Below are positions 21,715-32,771 of a stretch of DNA of 64,000 nucleotides, piece by piece. This stretch comes from an uncultured Rivularia sp. (GTDB taxonomy: Bacteria; Cyanobacteriota; Cyanobacteriia; Cyanobacteriales; Nostocaceae). Location: assembly GCA_963665115.1 (NCBI GenBank), contig OY762007.1, positions 2,976,001 through 3,040,000 of the forward strand. Direction: 5' to 3'. The notes below the pieces were generated by a model. It was not told where the DNA came from, did no database searches, and saw only the letters and a program-made list of their open reading frames with translations. The position numbers were made by a program, and so were the translations under genes. How positions within the stretch are numbered: position 1 is the stretch's first letter; every line of letters begins with the position of its first letter.

Positions 21715-22512
21715 TTACTCAAACTGGAATTCCCATTCAGACAAGTGTTTGAGTCCATTAGGGTAAGTTAGATTGTAATGCAAAGGAGTAATACTGATGT
21801 AGTTATCGCGGATAACACGTACATCAATCGGTATATTTTCTGGTAAATTGAAACTTACTGGCGGTTCTACATCTTCAAGAACTTCTCCTGTTAGCCAATA
21901 GTAAGTTTTACCCCGTGGATCTACTCGTTTATCAAATACGTCAACGTAGCGTCGCACTCCTTGACGGGTGAATTTAACTCCTTTGATTTGCGACGATTCC
22001 ACCGCCGGAATGTTAACGTTAAGTAAAATTGAATCCGGTAAAGATTTTAATCGTAATTGTTCTACAAGTATTTTGGCAAAGTTAGCCGCAACTTCAAAAT
22101 TCTTGGAAGAGTAGCTAGTAAGGCTAAATGCAACGCTAGGAATTCCTTCAATCAAACCTTCCATAGCAGCCGAAACAGTACCAGAATAAAGAATTTCCGT
22201 TCCCAAATTAGCACCTTGATTAATCCCAGAAAGAACTAATTCAGGGGGTGAATCCAGCAAAGCCCACAGCGCTAATTTTACGCAATCTGAGGGAGTACCA
22301 TCACAAGCCCAAGCCTTGATATTAGGATGAAACAACGATTCGACAATTTCAGCGCGAATCGGTTGATGCAAAGTCAAGCCGTGTCCCGTTGCGGAACGTT
22401 CCCTATCCGGGCAAACTACACTCACATCATGACCGGCTTCTACCATAGTGTTGGCTAAGGCACGTATGCCCTTAGCGTAAATACCGTCATCGTTAGAAAT
22501 TAACAATCTCAT
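21715..22512 (-). CDS. surE: 5'/3'-nucleotidase SurE
   Basis: [24 protein letters not shown] and YSGTVSAA. Confidence 0.96.
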   Translation of the reverse strand: MRLLISNDDGIYAKGIRALANTMVEAGHDVSVVCPDRERSATGHGLTLHQPIRAEIVESLFHPNIKAWACDGTPSDCVKLALWALLDSPPELVLSGINQGANLGTEILYSGTVSAAMEGLIEGIPSVAFSLTSYSSKNFEVAANFAKILVEQLRLKSLPDSILLNVNIPAVESSQIKGVKFTRQGVRRYVDVFDKRVDPRGKTYYWLTGEVLEDVEPPVSFNLPENIPIDVRVIRDNYISITPLHYNLTYPNGLKHLSEWEFQFE

Positions 22513-22790
22513 TATTAGTTAGTTGATAGTTGATAGTTGTTAGTTGCTATTCACATATTGCACTAATTGCGATAACCCGAGGGAGAGAAGGGGAAGTTTC
22601 GGGGGTAGAGGAGGTAAAATTTATTAACTCGTGACTCGCTACCTTGTAACTCCTAACTCCTCTGTGACCTAACTCCTGACTTTTAACAGTTGCTTTCTAC
22701 GGATCAATGGCATTATTACTATTGTGGTTGTTGGTTTCCCGGTCGCTGATGACTAATAACTAATAACTAATAACTAATAACTAATGACTG

Positions 22791-23788
22791 ATGACTAGCG
22801 ATTTACAATCTCAATTAGAAGAATTACGTATTGAAGCCGAAAAAGCAATTACTAGCGCTGATTCTTTGGAAAGCTTGGATGAACTCAGGGTTAATTATCT
22901 GGGTAAGAAAGGTCAGTTGGGTGTTCTGCTGCGCGGTATGGGTAAATTAAGCGCTGAAGAACGACCAAAAATTGGTGCGATCGCCAATGTTGTTAAGGAA
23001 GCTTTACAAAACAATTTAGATCGACAGCGTGTAGCTTTAGAAACGGCGAAAATCCAAGCCCAGATTGAATCAGAAACGATTGATGTGACGATGCCGGGGG
23101 TTTTTCGCCCTCAAGGTCGCATTCATCCGCTGAATGGTGTTATTGACCGAACTCTAGATATTTTCGTGGGTATGGGTTATACGGTTGCCGCTGGACCGGA
23201 AATGGAAAGCGATTATTATAATTTTGAAGCGCTCAATACTCCCCCAGACCATCCCGCTCGCGATATGCAGGATACTTTTTATCTTCCCGACGGAAATCTG
23301 CTGCGGACTCAAACTTCTTCGGTGCAAATTCGATTCATGGAAGAAAGCGAACCACCGATTCGGATTATTGCACCAGGGGACGCTGTTATCGGAAAGATGA
23401 TGTAGACGCAACTCACACAGCAGTTTTTCATCAAATGGAACTTTTGGCAGTTGACGAAGGATTAACTTTTACCGACCTCAAAGGTACGATCAAAGAATTT
23501 TTAGAAGCGATGTTTGGTGAAATCGAAGATATTCGTTTCCGAGCAAGTTACTTCCCATTCACCGAACCCTCAGCCGAAGTAGATTTAAAGTGGAAGGGAC
23601 GCTGGTTAGAAGTAATGGGTTGCGGTATGGTAGACCCAAATGTTTTGAAAGCTGTAGGTTACGACCCAGAAGTATATACTGGGTTTGCCGCTGGTTTTGG
23701 TGTAGAGCGTTTTGCAATGGTATTACATCAACTTGATGACATCCGCCGCGTTTATGCCAGTGATTTGCGATTTTTACAGCAGTTTTGA
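22791..23788 (+). CDS. pheS: phenylalanine-tRNA ligase alpha subunit, frameshifted at about 23378
   Basis: [23 protein letters not shown] and GFGVERF. Removing 2 G from the GGGG run restores PGRCYRKD. Confidence 0.96.
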
Positions 23789-23789
23789 A

Positions 23790-23990
23790 GATTGGGAATT
23801 GGGAATTGGAGATGGGGAGATGGGGAGATGGGGAGATGGGGAGATGGGAAGATAATCAACACAGCTTATTGTAAGCAGGGAGCGAGACGCTCCCACTACA
23901 TTTCTAATTCCCAAATATTACCGATTACCAATTACCAATGCCCAATTCCCAATGCCCAATGCCCAATGCCCAATTCCCAATTCCTATTAC
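23790..23990. repeat. short tandem (STRR-type) repeats; representative locus
   Basis: GATGGGGA and CCCAATG/CCCAATT tracts. Similar 7-mers occur at about 2976-3012, 5216-5255, 8789-8816, 16476-16512, 19187-19280, 20350-20430, 22750-22790, 39259-39295, 60485-60535 and 62021-62070. Confidence 0.85.
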
Positions 23991-25429
23991 CGACAATTAT
24001 CACAATGCCCACAATGTAAATTCGTTGCTTCTTTTTCAAATCCGAAAGCGGTTAATAAGAATTGCCACCGGCATTTTTTTGTAGTTAGATACTGCTGCAT
24101 TTGATTTCGGGGGTGCGATCGCCGATCTGTTTTATTTTTCGATTCTTTTGAAATACTGTAGTTAAAAGGATCGATCCACTTTAATTTACCCATGCTATGG
24201 AGTAAAGATAGCGCTATTGGTGCATCGGGGAATTTTTGCGTTACTGTTTGTAATTCTCCTGTAGGCGGTAATTTTTTAATTAATTGTTTTGCTGTAAGCT
24301 GTTGTTCTCTTATCTTCTCTTCAAAAAATTTCTGTCTTTGTTTGTCTTCTGGATTCAAGAATCCGGTGGGTTCGCTAATTAATGTCAATGTCTCTGCGGG
24401 CTTCCCATCTCTTCCAGCCCGTCCAATTTCCTGTACGTATTCTGATAGTAATAATGGTGCTTGATAGTGAATCACCCATCGAACATCAGGTTTATTAATT
24501 CCCATGCCGAAAGCTGACGTACAAACCACAAAGGGTATTTTTCCACTCAACCAGCTAGCTTCAATCTCGCGTCTTTCTTCTGCACCCAATCCGCCGTGAT
24601 AGCTAGCAGTCTTGTTACCTTTTTGCGTCAACCATGCGGCTAAATTTTCACTATCTTTCCGCGTGCGAACGTAAACTAATCCGGAGGTTTGTTGATTTTT
24701 GTGAACAAACTTTAACAATTGTTGCGTTCTTCCTTGTGGAGTCCAAATAATCCGGACGTTCGGGTTAAGATTGCTTCTATAAGGATTCAGTTTAAATACA
24801 GCAGGTTGCTGCAATCGTAAAGTTTCTGAAATTACAGTTTGGGCTAAAGGGTCGGCAGTGGCGGTAAAAGCGGCTAGCGCTATTTTTGTTCCTCTTCTTT
24901 TTAACTTGAGTAGCGCTGGTCTTACTGCCCCTAATCTTCGATAAGCTGGTCTAAAACTATCACCCCACTGCACTAAGCAATGTGCTTCGTCTAATATTAA
25001 ACCGTTAATTTCAAGTTCTGGGTGAGATAATCTTTCCCAAACTGGGGGACTGAGTAAAGTTTCTGGGGATAGGTAAAGTAATCTTAGCTGTTGTCTTTCC
25101 AATGCCTGTAGAGTTTGGCGACGTTGAGGAGAAGATAATTGACTGTGTAATAAAGCCGCTTTTAGATTGCGTTCTTTTAATTCCTGTACTTGGTTTTCCA
25201 TCAGTGCTACCAAGGGAGAAACCACCAAAGTTAAGCCTGTTTGTAAAAGTGCGGGAAGCTGGAAGCAGATTGATTTACCCCCGCCGGTGGGCATAATAAT
25301 TAAAGTATCTTTTTTGGCGAGTAGACTTTGGACTATTTCGCCTTGGGGTGGACGGAAATCTTCATAGCCCCAAATTTGCTGAAATGTAGCGCGAACGTTT
25401 TGCCATGATGGGATTTGGGCTTGATTCAT
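23987..25429 (-). CDS. recQ: RecQ-family ATP-dependent DNA helicase
   Basis: MPTGGGKS, DEAH, QEIGRAGRDG and C-terminal Zn motif CGHCDNC. Confidence 0.93.
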   Translation of the reverse strand: MNQAQIPSWQNVRATFQQIWGYEDFRPPQGEIVQSLLAKKDTLIIMPTGGGKSICFQLPALLQTGLTLVVSPLVALMENQVQELKERNLKAALLHSQLSSPQRRQTLQALERQQLRLLYLSPETLLSPPVWERLSHPELEINGLILDEAHCLVQWGDSFRPAYRRLGAVRPALLKLKRRGTKIALAAFTATADPLAQTVISETLRLQQPAVFKLNPYRSNLNPNVRIIWTPQGRTQQLLKFVHKNQQTSGLVYVRTRKDSENLAAWLTQKGNKTASYHGGLGAEERREIEASWLSGKIPFVVCTSAFGMGINKPDVRWVIHYQAPLLLSEYVQEIGRAGRDGKPAETLTLISEPTGFLNPEDKQRQKFFEEKIREQQLTAKQLIKKLPPTGELQTVTQKFPDAPIALSLLHSMGKLKWIDPFNYSISKESKNKTDRRSHPRNQMQQYLTTKKCRWQFLLTAFGFEKEATNLHCGHCDNCR

Positions 25430-25675
25430 AGTAAATGAGTAGATACACCCCTCGCCTTGCACACTTTTTATGACGAGCTTTGAATATAGCTTTAGTTAAT
25501 TACATATAGGTACAGTATTTTTACCTATTATGTCTCTAAGTTTTCGGGTGAATTTTGGTAAGCTTAAAAATAGTTTGATGTTTGTAGAAGTAGGTTTGTA
25601 TAAATATTGTTAAATTAAAATAGAATATTCTCTTTTAAACGCAAAGGTACGCAGAGAGAAGAAGGAGTAAAGATA

Positions 25676-26428
25676 TTGATTTCTAAAGCTTTTATTCAAG
25701 AACAAGGAAATGTAAGACTCAGAGATGAGGAGCAACTTGTTAGTGAAGAATTGAAGAGAAGAGGTATTTTAATTAGTTTTTATACGGAGAAGCGCATTAA
25801 AAGAAAACAGCTTCCACTTGATAATCAGTCTTTAGTGGTTGGTGATATATCATGTGTTTTGGGAGCATTAAAACAGCTTGGGATTCCAGAACCTTTACTT
25901 AATGATTATCCGGCTTCTCTGAATAATTTTATGCACCGTAAAACGTGGATATCTACAGTTTCAGAATTGGAAAGAAGATTCCTCTATGGTAGATATGCGC
26001 CAGTGTTTGCTAAACCCGCAACTCGTCGCAAGCGTTTTACTGGTTGCGTTTTTGAAACGGAATACGATTTATATAAAATTCACGGAATATCCCGCCAAGA
26101 AAAGTTGCTTTGCTCGGAAGTTGTTTCTTGGGTGAGTGAATATCGGGTTTATGTTGTTAATTCGGAAATTAGAAGCATTGATTTTTATGATGGAAATATC
26201 GATGTTTTGATAGATGTTGAGAAAGTTCAGGAAGCGATGAAATATCTTGACGATGCTGGAGAATCTTATGCTGGTTATGCAATTGATTTTGGGGTTTTAG
26301 ATTCGGGAGAAACTGCGCTAGTAGAGATGAATGATGGTTTTGCTGTTGGAGCTTACAATATTGATAGAAAAAATTACACGGATTTGATTTTGGCTCGATG
26401 GGAGGAGCTTTTATCTACCTGCTATTAA
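25676..26428 (+). CDS. ATP-grasp domain protein (DUF4343/R2K-like)
   Basis: VFAKP, KRFTG, SEYRVYV and IDFG...LVEMNDG motifs; TTG start with GGAG RBS. Confidence 0.78.
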   Translation: MISKAFIQEQGNVRLRDEEQLVSEELKRRGILISFYTEKRIKRKQLPLDNQSLVVGDISCVLGALKQLGIPEPLLNDYPASLNNFMHRKTWISTVSELERRFLYGRYAPVFAKPATRRKRFTGCVFETEYDLYKIHGISRQEKLLCSEVVSWVSEYRVYVVNSEIRSIDFYDGNIDVLIDVEKVQEAMKYLDDAGESYAGYAIDFGVLDSGETALVEMNDGFAVGAYNIDRKNYTDLILARWEELLSTCY

Positions 26429-26430
26429 AA

Positions 26431-27261
26431 TCAATCATCCTTTGTATAAGACAAAATAAAATAACGAATTATCCCCCAACGGCTTACTCTTTCGGCAAAA
26501 TTGATTATTTTATCTTCTTTGTTTTGTAATTTTCTTACCAGGGAATAGGTTGGTAAAGTATTGCGGGTAATATCTTCTTCTATTAAAGTTGTAAAACCTA
26601 TATTTTTCGATAATTTACGATAATTACTAAGGCTAAAATTAAGATCCACTTCTCCGAGGGTTTTTAATAAAGTATCTTTTGCTAACTCGGAACCTGTTTT
26701 TATGATGGGTTTAATTATTTGTCTGGGTACAAAGTCGCTCAGAGCAAGTGTTCCCCCCGGTTTTAAAACTCGTGATGCTTCTTGAAAAAACTGCTGTCGG
26801 CTGGGAAAATGAAATATACACTCCACAGCAAGTACTGCATCAAAAGAATTATCTTCAAAAGGTAATTCGCAGGCATTCGCTTCTACAAATTCAATGTGAT
26901 TTTGGGCGCGAGGTTGAACTTTTTCTTTAGCTCTTGCTAATTGCCGAGAGTCAATATTTAATCCAGTTAACTGCATATTATTAAAGCGATTATTTAAACT
27001 AGCAATAGTTCCACCAAAGCCACAACCGCAGTCTAAAACGCGCATATTATCCGTAACTTTGGCTGAATCGCATACTTTTTGAGATAATTTTTCTGCTGCT
27101 TGAGTAAAGTCTTTTATGGAACCATCTGAATAATTTATATTTTCCCAGTAACCCCAGTGGACGTGATTTCCAAAGCTTTGAATTATTTCTGTTTTGCTTT
27201 GTTGGAAGTCTTTGAATAGTGCGTCGAAGTACGGTAGGTTGACTGTTTTTTCTTCAGACAT
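26431..27261 (-). CDS. class I SAM-dependent methyltransferase
   Basis: HVHWGYW, VLDCGCGFG, LPFEDNSFD and RVLKPGG. Confidence 0.92.
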   Translation of the reverse strand: MSEEKTVNLPYFDALFKDFQQSKTEIIQSFGNHVHWGYWENINYSDGSIKDFTQAAEKLSQKVCDSAKVTDNMRVLDCGCGFGGTIASLNNRFNNMQLTGLNIDSRQLARAKEKVQPRAQNHIEFVEANACELPFEDNSFDAVLAVECIFHFPSRQQFFQEASRVLKPGGTLALSDFVPRQIIKPIIKTGSELAKDTLLKTLGEVDLNFSLSNYRKLSKNIGFTTLIEEDITRNTLPTYSLVRKLQNKEDKIINFAERVSRWGIIRYFILSYTKDD

Positions 27262-27264
27262 TTA

Positions 27265-27300
27265 GATCCCCCCAACCCCCCTTAACAAGGGGGGCTTTTT
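27265..27300. repeat. C/G-run palindromic repeat (CCCCCCTTAACAAGGGGGG)
   Basis: Hairpin preceded by ATCCCCCCAA. Confidence 0.7.
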
Positions 27301-27364
27301 GTGATTACTATTAATCTTAATGCATTAAGGTTGTATCAATAAGCGTAATAAAATATGAAAAATT

Positions 27365-28598
27365 CTAAAATTTAGCATCTGTAAAATCTGTATTGGTAAG
27401 CTTTGCTCCAGCGAAATCTGTTGCTTCTAGGTTTGCTGAAGTAAAATTAGCGTATGTTAGATCGGATTTTTGAAAGTTTGTAGATTGTCCAACTCTATTC
27501 ATTGTAAAAGCTCCAGTTATTCCTATGAATATAAGTAACAAAAATAAACTATTTAAAGAATAGAATAAAGCAGTTCCAATTAATAATCCAAGAACAAATC
27601 CTAAATAGGCATAGACTTTATACGTTAGCTTTGGTTTTACTAAAATAGCTATTATTCCGAAAATAAAACTAATAACTATTGTTGATATATTTGGTATAAC
27701 AGTTGGCAAATAGGAGTCAGGGTTACTTGTAAATAAATGAACAGTAATATATATTGGAACCCATATAATTAAGCTACATAAAATTGCAAGGTATATAAAG
27801 ATAAATTTTATTAAGAGTACTGAAGCAAAACCAGCTAAAATATACATTGAAGCTTTGAATTGATAATCTGTTTTCTGTTCCTTAGTAAAAAAAATCGGTC
27901 TAAATAGAACAATAATCAAAGTCACTATTGTACCGAATAAAAAATCTATAAATGGTTTGAAATCATTATAATCTGGAAAACTATCTGCCATATCTAAAAA
28001 CTAAAAATTTAACTAATTGATATAACTACTTATTACTTTGATTATGAGTTGACCAAAAATTTTAGTATGTATATCTCCACAAAATATAAACTATATTCTT
28101 AGCTGCTAACACTAATAAGATTAAAGTTAACCAAATAGGAATAATTCTAATATCAGCAAAAGTTTTCACTGTTAACTTAAGTAAATTTGGTAAATAACTA
28201 TTTATCTTGTTAGTATCTATTTTAGTTTTCCACACACAACCTATCATTGCACCTGAAAAAACAGCTATTTCTCCGACCGCGAATGCTAAAGTTTCTGCTA
28301 AATTAAAATTTGTATTATTTAGAGGTTCATTTATGCCATTAACTGGTTTTCTTAAATCAAGTAACGGGTAAGTCATATACAGAACAATAGCAGCAGATAT
28401 TAACAAAACAATTCCAAAAGCGGGAATCACCCAAGAATTTGGAATTCCTGCTTTACAATTAGTAAAGTTTGCTCCTCGAAGAATTGCGTTACTAAAATCA
28501 GCGCCCTGAATATTAGTATTACTGAAATTTGCACCTGTAAGGTCTTCTCCTTTAAAAGAATAATCTTGAAGGTTTTGATTAGAGAAATTTTTCGGCAT
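27365..28598 (-). pseudogene. pentapeptide-repeat membrane protein split into two ORFs
   Basis: N-part (28062-28598) has pentapeptide repeats plus TM helices; C-part (27365-27991) has TM helices plus pentapeptide repeats. All three frames contain stops in the gap. Confidence 0.6.
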
Positions 28599-28706
28599 TT
28601 TGATCGTGAAAGGTTTATTTATTTGGTGATAACATAAACAACTTAATTTAGTCATCAGTCATCTAAACTAAGTTAATCAACTTGCGAAATATTCGAGAGT
28701 TGTTAT

Positions 28707-29570
28707 TCAACCTCCACCTCCTCCACCTCCTCCACCTCCACCTCCACCACCTCCACCTCCACCACCTCCACCTCCACTACCTCCACTACCATCACCACCA
28801 TTTTTTCCTGTTGAATATGAGAAAAGGAACAAAATTAATAGTAAAGGGAATAGAAATATTAATGAAAATAATAGGGTTATGACAAATATTGTGAATGCGC
28901 TAACTTCAATAGGCTCTCGCATTTTTTTATCATATGCAATAACTTTGACTTCAATTTCCTGATAAGGCGGTATATTGCCAGTGGAGACAAACTCTACAGT
29001 ATTTTCGTCTATTTGTTTTGCTTTAGTTGATACGCCATAACTTCTAAATTCTTGAATTTTACGTGAAAATGATTTCGGGAATGAAACTCTTACTTTGGCT
29101 TTACGAATAGAAGCATTGCGTTTTGGAAATATTGCTTTCCAATAAACTTCGTATTTTTCATCATAAATATTTAACCCACCAATAACTCGATATTTTAAAG
29201 TAAAAGTATGTTTTTCTGGGGGATTCAATTCGTGCTGCCATCGAATCCAGAAATTATTATTTTCGATTCCGGTATCAAATGCAATTATTTTATCTTCTTC
29301 AAATACAGATACATCAGATATCTCGTCTATTTTATCTAAAGGTATGTAACGATATCGTTCATTTCTACCGGGTTTAGTAAATACATATTTTTGATTTTCT
29401 GTAATCAGCATATCCCCATTAGTTTGCATATCAATATCTACGTTAATAAAATCCCAATAGAAATAGTAAGGATATGTTGCTGCTGTGGCTGGAGCTATAT
29501 TACTTAAACTAATTAAAATAGCTAATAAAATAGAAGTAATAATTTGATATATTTTTTGTCTGGTTTTCAT
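28707..29570 (-). CDS. DUF2207-family membrane protein with poly-Gly tail
   Basis: Signal peptide, beta-rich DUF2207-like domain, TM helix and GGN tract. Confidence 0.78.
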   Translation of the reverse strand: MKTRQKIYQIITSILLAILISLSNIAPATAATYPYYFYWDFINVDIDMQTNGDMLITENQKYVFTKPGRNERYRYIPLDKIDEISDVSVFEEDKIIAFDTGIENNNFWIRWQHELNPPEKHTFTLKYRVIGGLNIYDEKYEVYWKAIFPKRNASIRKAKVRVSFPKSFSRKIQEFRSYGVSTKAKQIDENTVEFVSTGNIPPYQEIEVKVIAYDKKMREPIEVSAFTIFVITLLFSLIFLFPLLLILFLFSYSTGKNGGDGSGGSGGGGGGGGGGGGGGGGGGGGGG

Positions 29571-29619
29571 TGCATAAAATACTTACAATAAAATTAATTG
29601 TTATTATAAACTTAAAACA

Positions 29620-30189
29620 ATGGTCGCATCCCCACAGCAAGACTACATCACCCCGGAAGAATACCTCCAACTAGAGCAAGAAAGCGATGTCAAGCACGAA
29701 TACATCGACGGTTACGCTTATGCAATGGCTGGTGCTAACGATGCTCACGTTACTGTTTCATTAAATTTAGCTACACTCCTTCGCAGTCATGTACGGGGTT
29801 CTGGTTGTCGCGTTTTCATTTCGGATATGAAAGCTCGTATAGAAAAATCAAATCGATATTATTACCCTGATGTTATGGTTACTTGCGACGAGAGAGATAA
29901 GGCAAATGCTACAGAAAAGAAATTCCCTTGTTTAATTGTTGAAGTTTTATCTGATTCTACAGAAGCATTTGATAGAGGTGATAAATTTGCAGATTATCAA
30001 CAGTTAGAAACCCTTCAAGAATACGTTTTAATTAATGTCAAACGTCAGCGAGTTGAGTGTTTGCGACGCAATAGTGAAGGGCTTTGGGTATTACAATCTT
30101 ATACTTCAGAGGAAAAATTTTTTGAACTTAAAAGTATTAATTTTGAAGGGGAAATGAGCGCTCTTTATGAGGATGTGGTTTTTGATTGA
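29620..30189 (+). CDS. Uma2-family endonuclease
   Basis: HEYIDG, YYPDVMV and VEVLSDST...DRGDKF. Confidence 0.93.
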   Translation: MVASPQQDYITPEEYLQLEQESDVKHEYIDGYAYAMAGANDAHVTVSLNLATLLRSHVRGSGCRVFISDMKARIEKSNRYYYPDVMVTCDERDKANATEKKFPCLIVEVLSDSTEAFDRGDKFADYQQLETLQEYVLINVKRQRVECLRRNSEGLWVLQSYTSEEKFFELKSINFEGEMSALYEDVVFD

Positions 30190-30218
30190 CTCCATAATAG
30201 TAAATTTAAAATTAATAG

Positions 30219-31277
30219 ATGATGAAAAAAAATTATTGGAAAGCACTTGTAGCATCAATTACAGTATTAACTTTTGCTGTTTTTAGTTGCACTGCAATTA
30301 GTTCAGATAGGGATTCAACTACTCACTCATCACAAAATAGTCAACTACTTCGTACCATCTCAACATCTGGTTCGGGTTATTCAATTGCTTATTCTCCAGC
30401 AATATCTAAGGCAAAAAACAGCCCTGTTGATTCTGCTCTTCTTGCTAGTGGTGGTTCTAACGTTAAGCTGTGGAATCTCAGCGCTGGAAAACTCCTCCGC
30501 ACCTTTAGGGGACAGTCCTGGGTTGTGAGCTTTAGCCCAAACGGTGAGATTCTCGCTAGTGGGAGTCAGGATGGAACCCTCAAGCTGTGGAATGTTAGTA
30601 CTGGTAAACTTATTCGTACTTTCAAACATTCACAACCAATAAGTGATGCGGTCTTTAGTCCCGATGGGCAGATACTTGCCAGCGGTCCGGATTTTGCATC
30701 TAAAATTAAGTTGTGGAATCTAAGCACTGGAGAAACCATTTCTATTCCGGATGACCCCAGCGATACGTTTAACGTTAAAACTGAGCCTATTGGTTTTACC
30801 CCAGATAGTCAGTATTTATTTGCTAGAAATGCTTCTGGCTCTGCCACTAAGTTATGGAATATTAGTTCGGGTAAACTCATCCGCAGTTTCGATGCTAAGT
30901 CTTATATTGAAACTGTAGCTATCAGCCCGGATGGAAAAATTCTTGCTACTGGACTGCGTGACAACGCTATTAAGCTGTGGAATGTTAATACGGGCGAACT
31001 AATCCGTACTTTAATTGGTCATGCAGGTCAAGTTATGACAGTCGCTTTCAGTCCGGATGGAAAGACACTTGCTAGTGGTAGTTGGGACGATACTATTAAG
31101 CTATGGAATGTTAATACTAACAATGCTGCGAGCGAAACCATACCCGAAGGGCTTATCGCTACTTTTAAGGGACATAAAGACAAAGTTTGGTCTGTCGCTT
31201 TTAATCCAGATGGAAAGACACTTGCTAGCACCAGTCAGGATGACACGATCAAAATTTGGCGCGTACCATCGCAATGA
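30219..31277 (+). CDS. exported WD40-repeat protein
   Basis: About seven FSPDG...LASGS.D.TIKLW repeats; lipoprotein-like signal peptide. Confidence 0.92.
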   Translation: MMKKNYWKALVASITVLTFAVFSCTAISSDRDSTTHSSQNSQLLRTISTSGSGYSIAYSPAISKAKNSPVDSALLASGGSNVKLWNLSAGKLLRTFRGQSWVVSFSPNGEILASGSQDGTLKLWNVSTGKLIRTFKHSQPISDAVFSPDGQILASGPDFASKIKLWNLSTGETISIPDDPSDTFNVKTEPIGFTPDSQYLFARNASGSATKLWNISSGKLIRSFDAKSYIETVAISPDGKILATGLRDNAIKLWNVNTGELIRTLIGHAGQVMTVAFSPDGKTLASGSWDDTIKLWNVNTNNAASETIPEGLIATFKGHKDKVWSVAFNPDGKTLASTSQDDTIKIWRVPSQ

Positions 31278-31281
31278 ATTA

Positions 31282-31953
31282 TTAGCGACCATAATTTTGT
31301 ACAGAATCGGGAACTTGAACTCCTTTAATCAAACGCTCATCAGCGATCGCCTTACCTGGAATCATCCGCAATGGTAAAACACCAGCCCATACTGGTAAAT
31401 CGTAATCCGCTTCATCATCTACAGGATTGCCAGTACGCATTTTCGCGGATGCTTCTGTTAAAGCTAGAGAGAGTACCATTGTTCCTTGTAATTCTTGTTT
31501 ATTCGGCTGACGTACTTCTTGCCAACGTTGCGGTACAACCTGTTCGGTAAAGGCTCGCAGCGCTTCTGATTTTTCTTCAGTATCATTTACTAAAGTCGCA
31601 GTACCGAATATTACTACAGAACGGTAATTCATCGAGTGGTGAAACGCCGAACGCGCTAATACTAATCCATCTAATAAAGTTACCGTAACGCATACTTCGA
31701 TACCTTGGGTTAAATTACGCAACATTCTACTTGCTGGTGAACCGTGAATATAAAGTTTGTCGTCAATTCTTCCATAAGCGGTGGGAATTACAAATGGTTG
31801 ATTGTTTGCAATAAATCCAACATGACAAATTAATGCTTCATCTAAGATGTTGTAGATAACTTGAGTTTCGTAATTGCCGCGTTTTGGTACTCTTTTTATT
31901 TTGCTGCGTTGGGTAGGAGTGAGTTGATTGGTTTCGTTGTTGGAAGTAGTCAT
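31282..31953 (-). CDS. pyridoxamine 5'-phosphate oxidase family flavin-binding protein
   Basis: LYIHGS, LARSAFHHSMNYRSVV and WAGVLP. ATG at 31953 is preferred because the upstream extension runs through a repeat. Confidence 0.92.
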   Translation of the reverse strand: MTTSNNETNQLTPTQRSKIKRVPKRGNYETQVIYNILDEALICHVGFIANNQPFVIPTAYGRIDDKLYIHGSPASRMLRNLTQGIEVCVTVTLLDGLVLARSAFHHSMNYRSVVIFGTATLVNDTEEKSEALRAFTEQVVPQRWQEVRQPNKQELQGTMVLSLALTEASAKMRTGNPVDDEADYDLPVWAGVLPLRMIPGKAIADERLIKGVQVPDSVQNYGR

Positions 31954-32119
31954 GGTTTTTTGGTTTGTATATTCTTTCAAAGTAATTTGCGTAGTGTGAG
32001 CAAGATGCTCACTCGATACTAGGGAGCAAGATGCTCCCACTACTAATCACCTGTTTTCACCGCAGAAATGGCTATACTAGGCATGAAGAGGGCTAAAGCC
32101 CTTACTACGAACAAAAGAT

Positions 32120-32596
32120 TTAAGTTAAATCCAATTGCATAGCGTTACTTGGTGAAAATCCTAAGTTTTCATAAACGGGTTTTCCTGCTGGTGATGCATT
32201 TAAAATAGCTTTCGTACAATTGATAGATTTCAAATGCTCAACTGTAGCGTTAGTTAATTGTTTGGCTATTCCTTTTCTACGATAAGAAGGTTCGACGTAA
32301 ACACCCCAAATATATCCGTATTTACGATATTCTTCTTCTAAAATTAGTGAATATAAACCTGTAAATAGCTGACAGCTTGCAGAGCCGACTATTAAATTAT
32401 CCTCTTCTGCAACAAAACCTTTGTAAAATAAGTTTTGACGAGCTTGTTTGATAAAATCTAAAGTCATATTGCGGTGGTTGGATTTGATAAATTTTTCAGG
32501 AGCGCCAATATCTAACCACATTTGATAAAAATGCTCTGCAATTATTGAATCTTCTTTTGGAGTTGTTTCTCTAATTTTGATATTTATCTCATGCAT
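32120..32596 (-). CDS. GNAT N-acetyltransferase
   Basis: VYVEPSYRRKGIA acetyl-CoA motif and YENLGF. Confidence 0.92.
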   Translation of the reverse strand: MHEINIKIRETTPKEDSIIAEHFYQMWLDIGAPEKFIKSNHRNMTLDFIKQARQNLFYKGFVAEEDNLIVGSASCQLFTGLYSLILEEEYRKYGYIWGVYVEPSYRRKGIAKQLTNATVEHLKSINCTKAILNASPAGKPVYENLGFSPSNAMQLDLT

Positions 32597-32771
32597 TTAA
32601 ATCTCTCTCTCTCTTTCTTCCTCTGCGAACTCTGCGCTCTCTGCGGTTTTTATAATCCAATTATGGTGCGTTACGGCAGCGCTGAGATATTTGTTTTGCT
32701 CGGATATTAATTCGTGCCATAACACAACGGCAATATTGCGGGAAGAAAATCTACACCGCAATTTGCCTCCC

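Noticed and set aside
23371..23380. Programmed frameshift in pheS
   Set aside because: No slippery heptamer or stimulator seen; it follows the window-wide homopolymer error pattern.
23792..24019. 75-aa ORF; similar cases at 20409-20648 and 19041-19229
   Set aside because: Translations of STRR tandem repeats or antisense overlap, not credible genes.
28682..28882. His/Leu-rich 66-aa ORF
   Set aside because: Antisense shadow of the poly-Gly tract.
31954..32040. N-terminal extension of the flavin-binding protein (likewise 57641-57721 and 307-399)
   Set aside because: Runs through repeats or intergenic DNA; downstream starts fit the families better.
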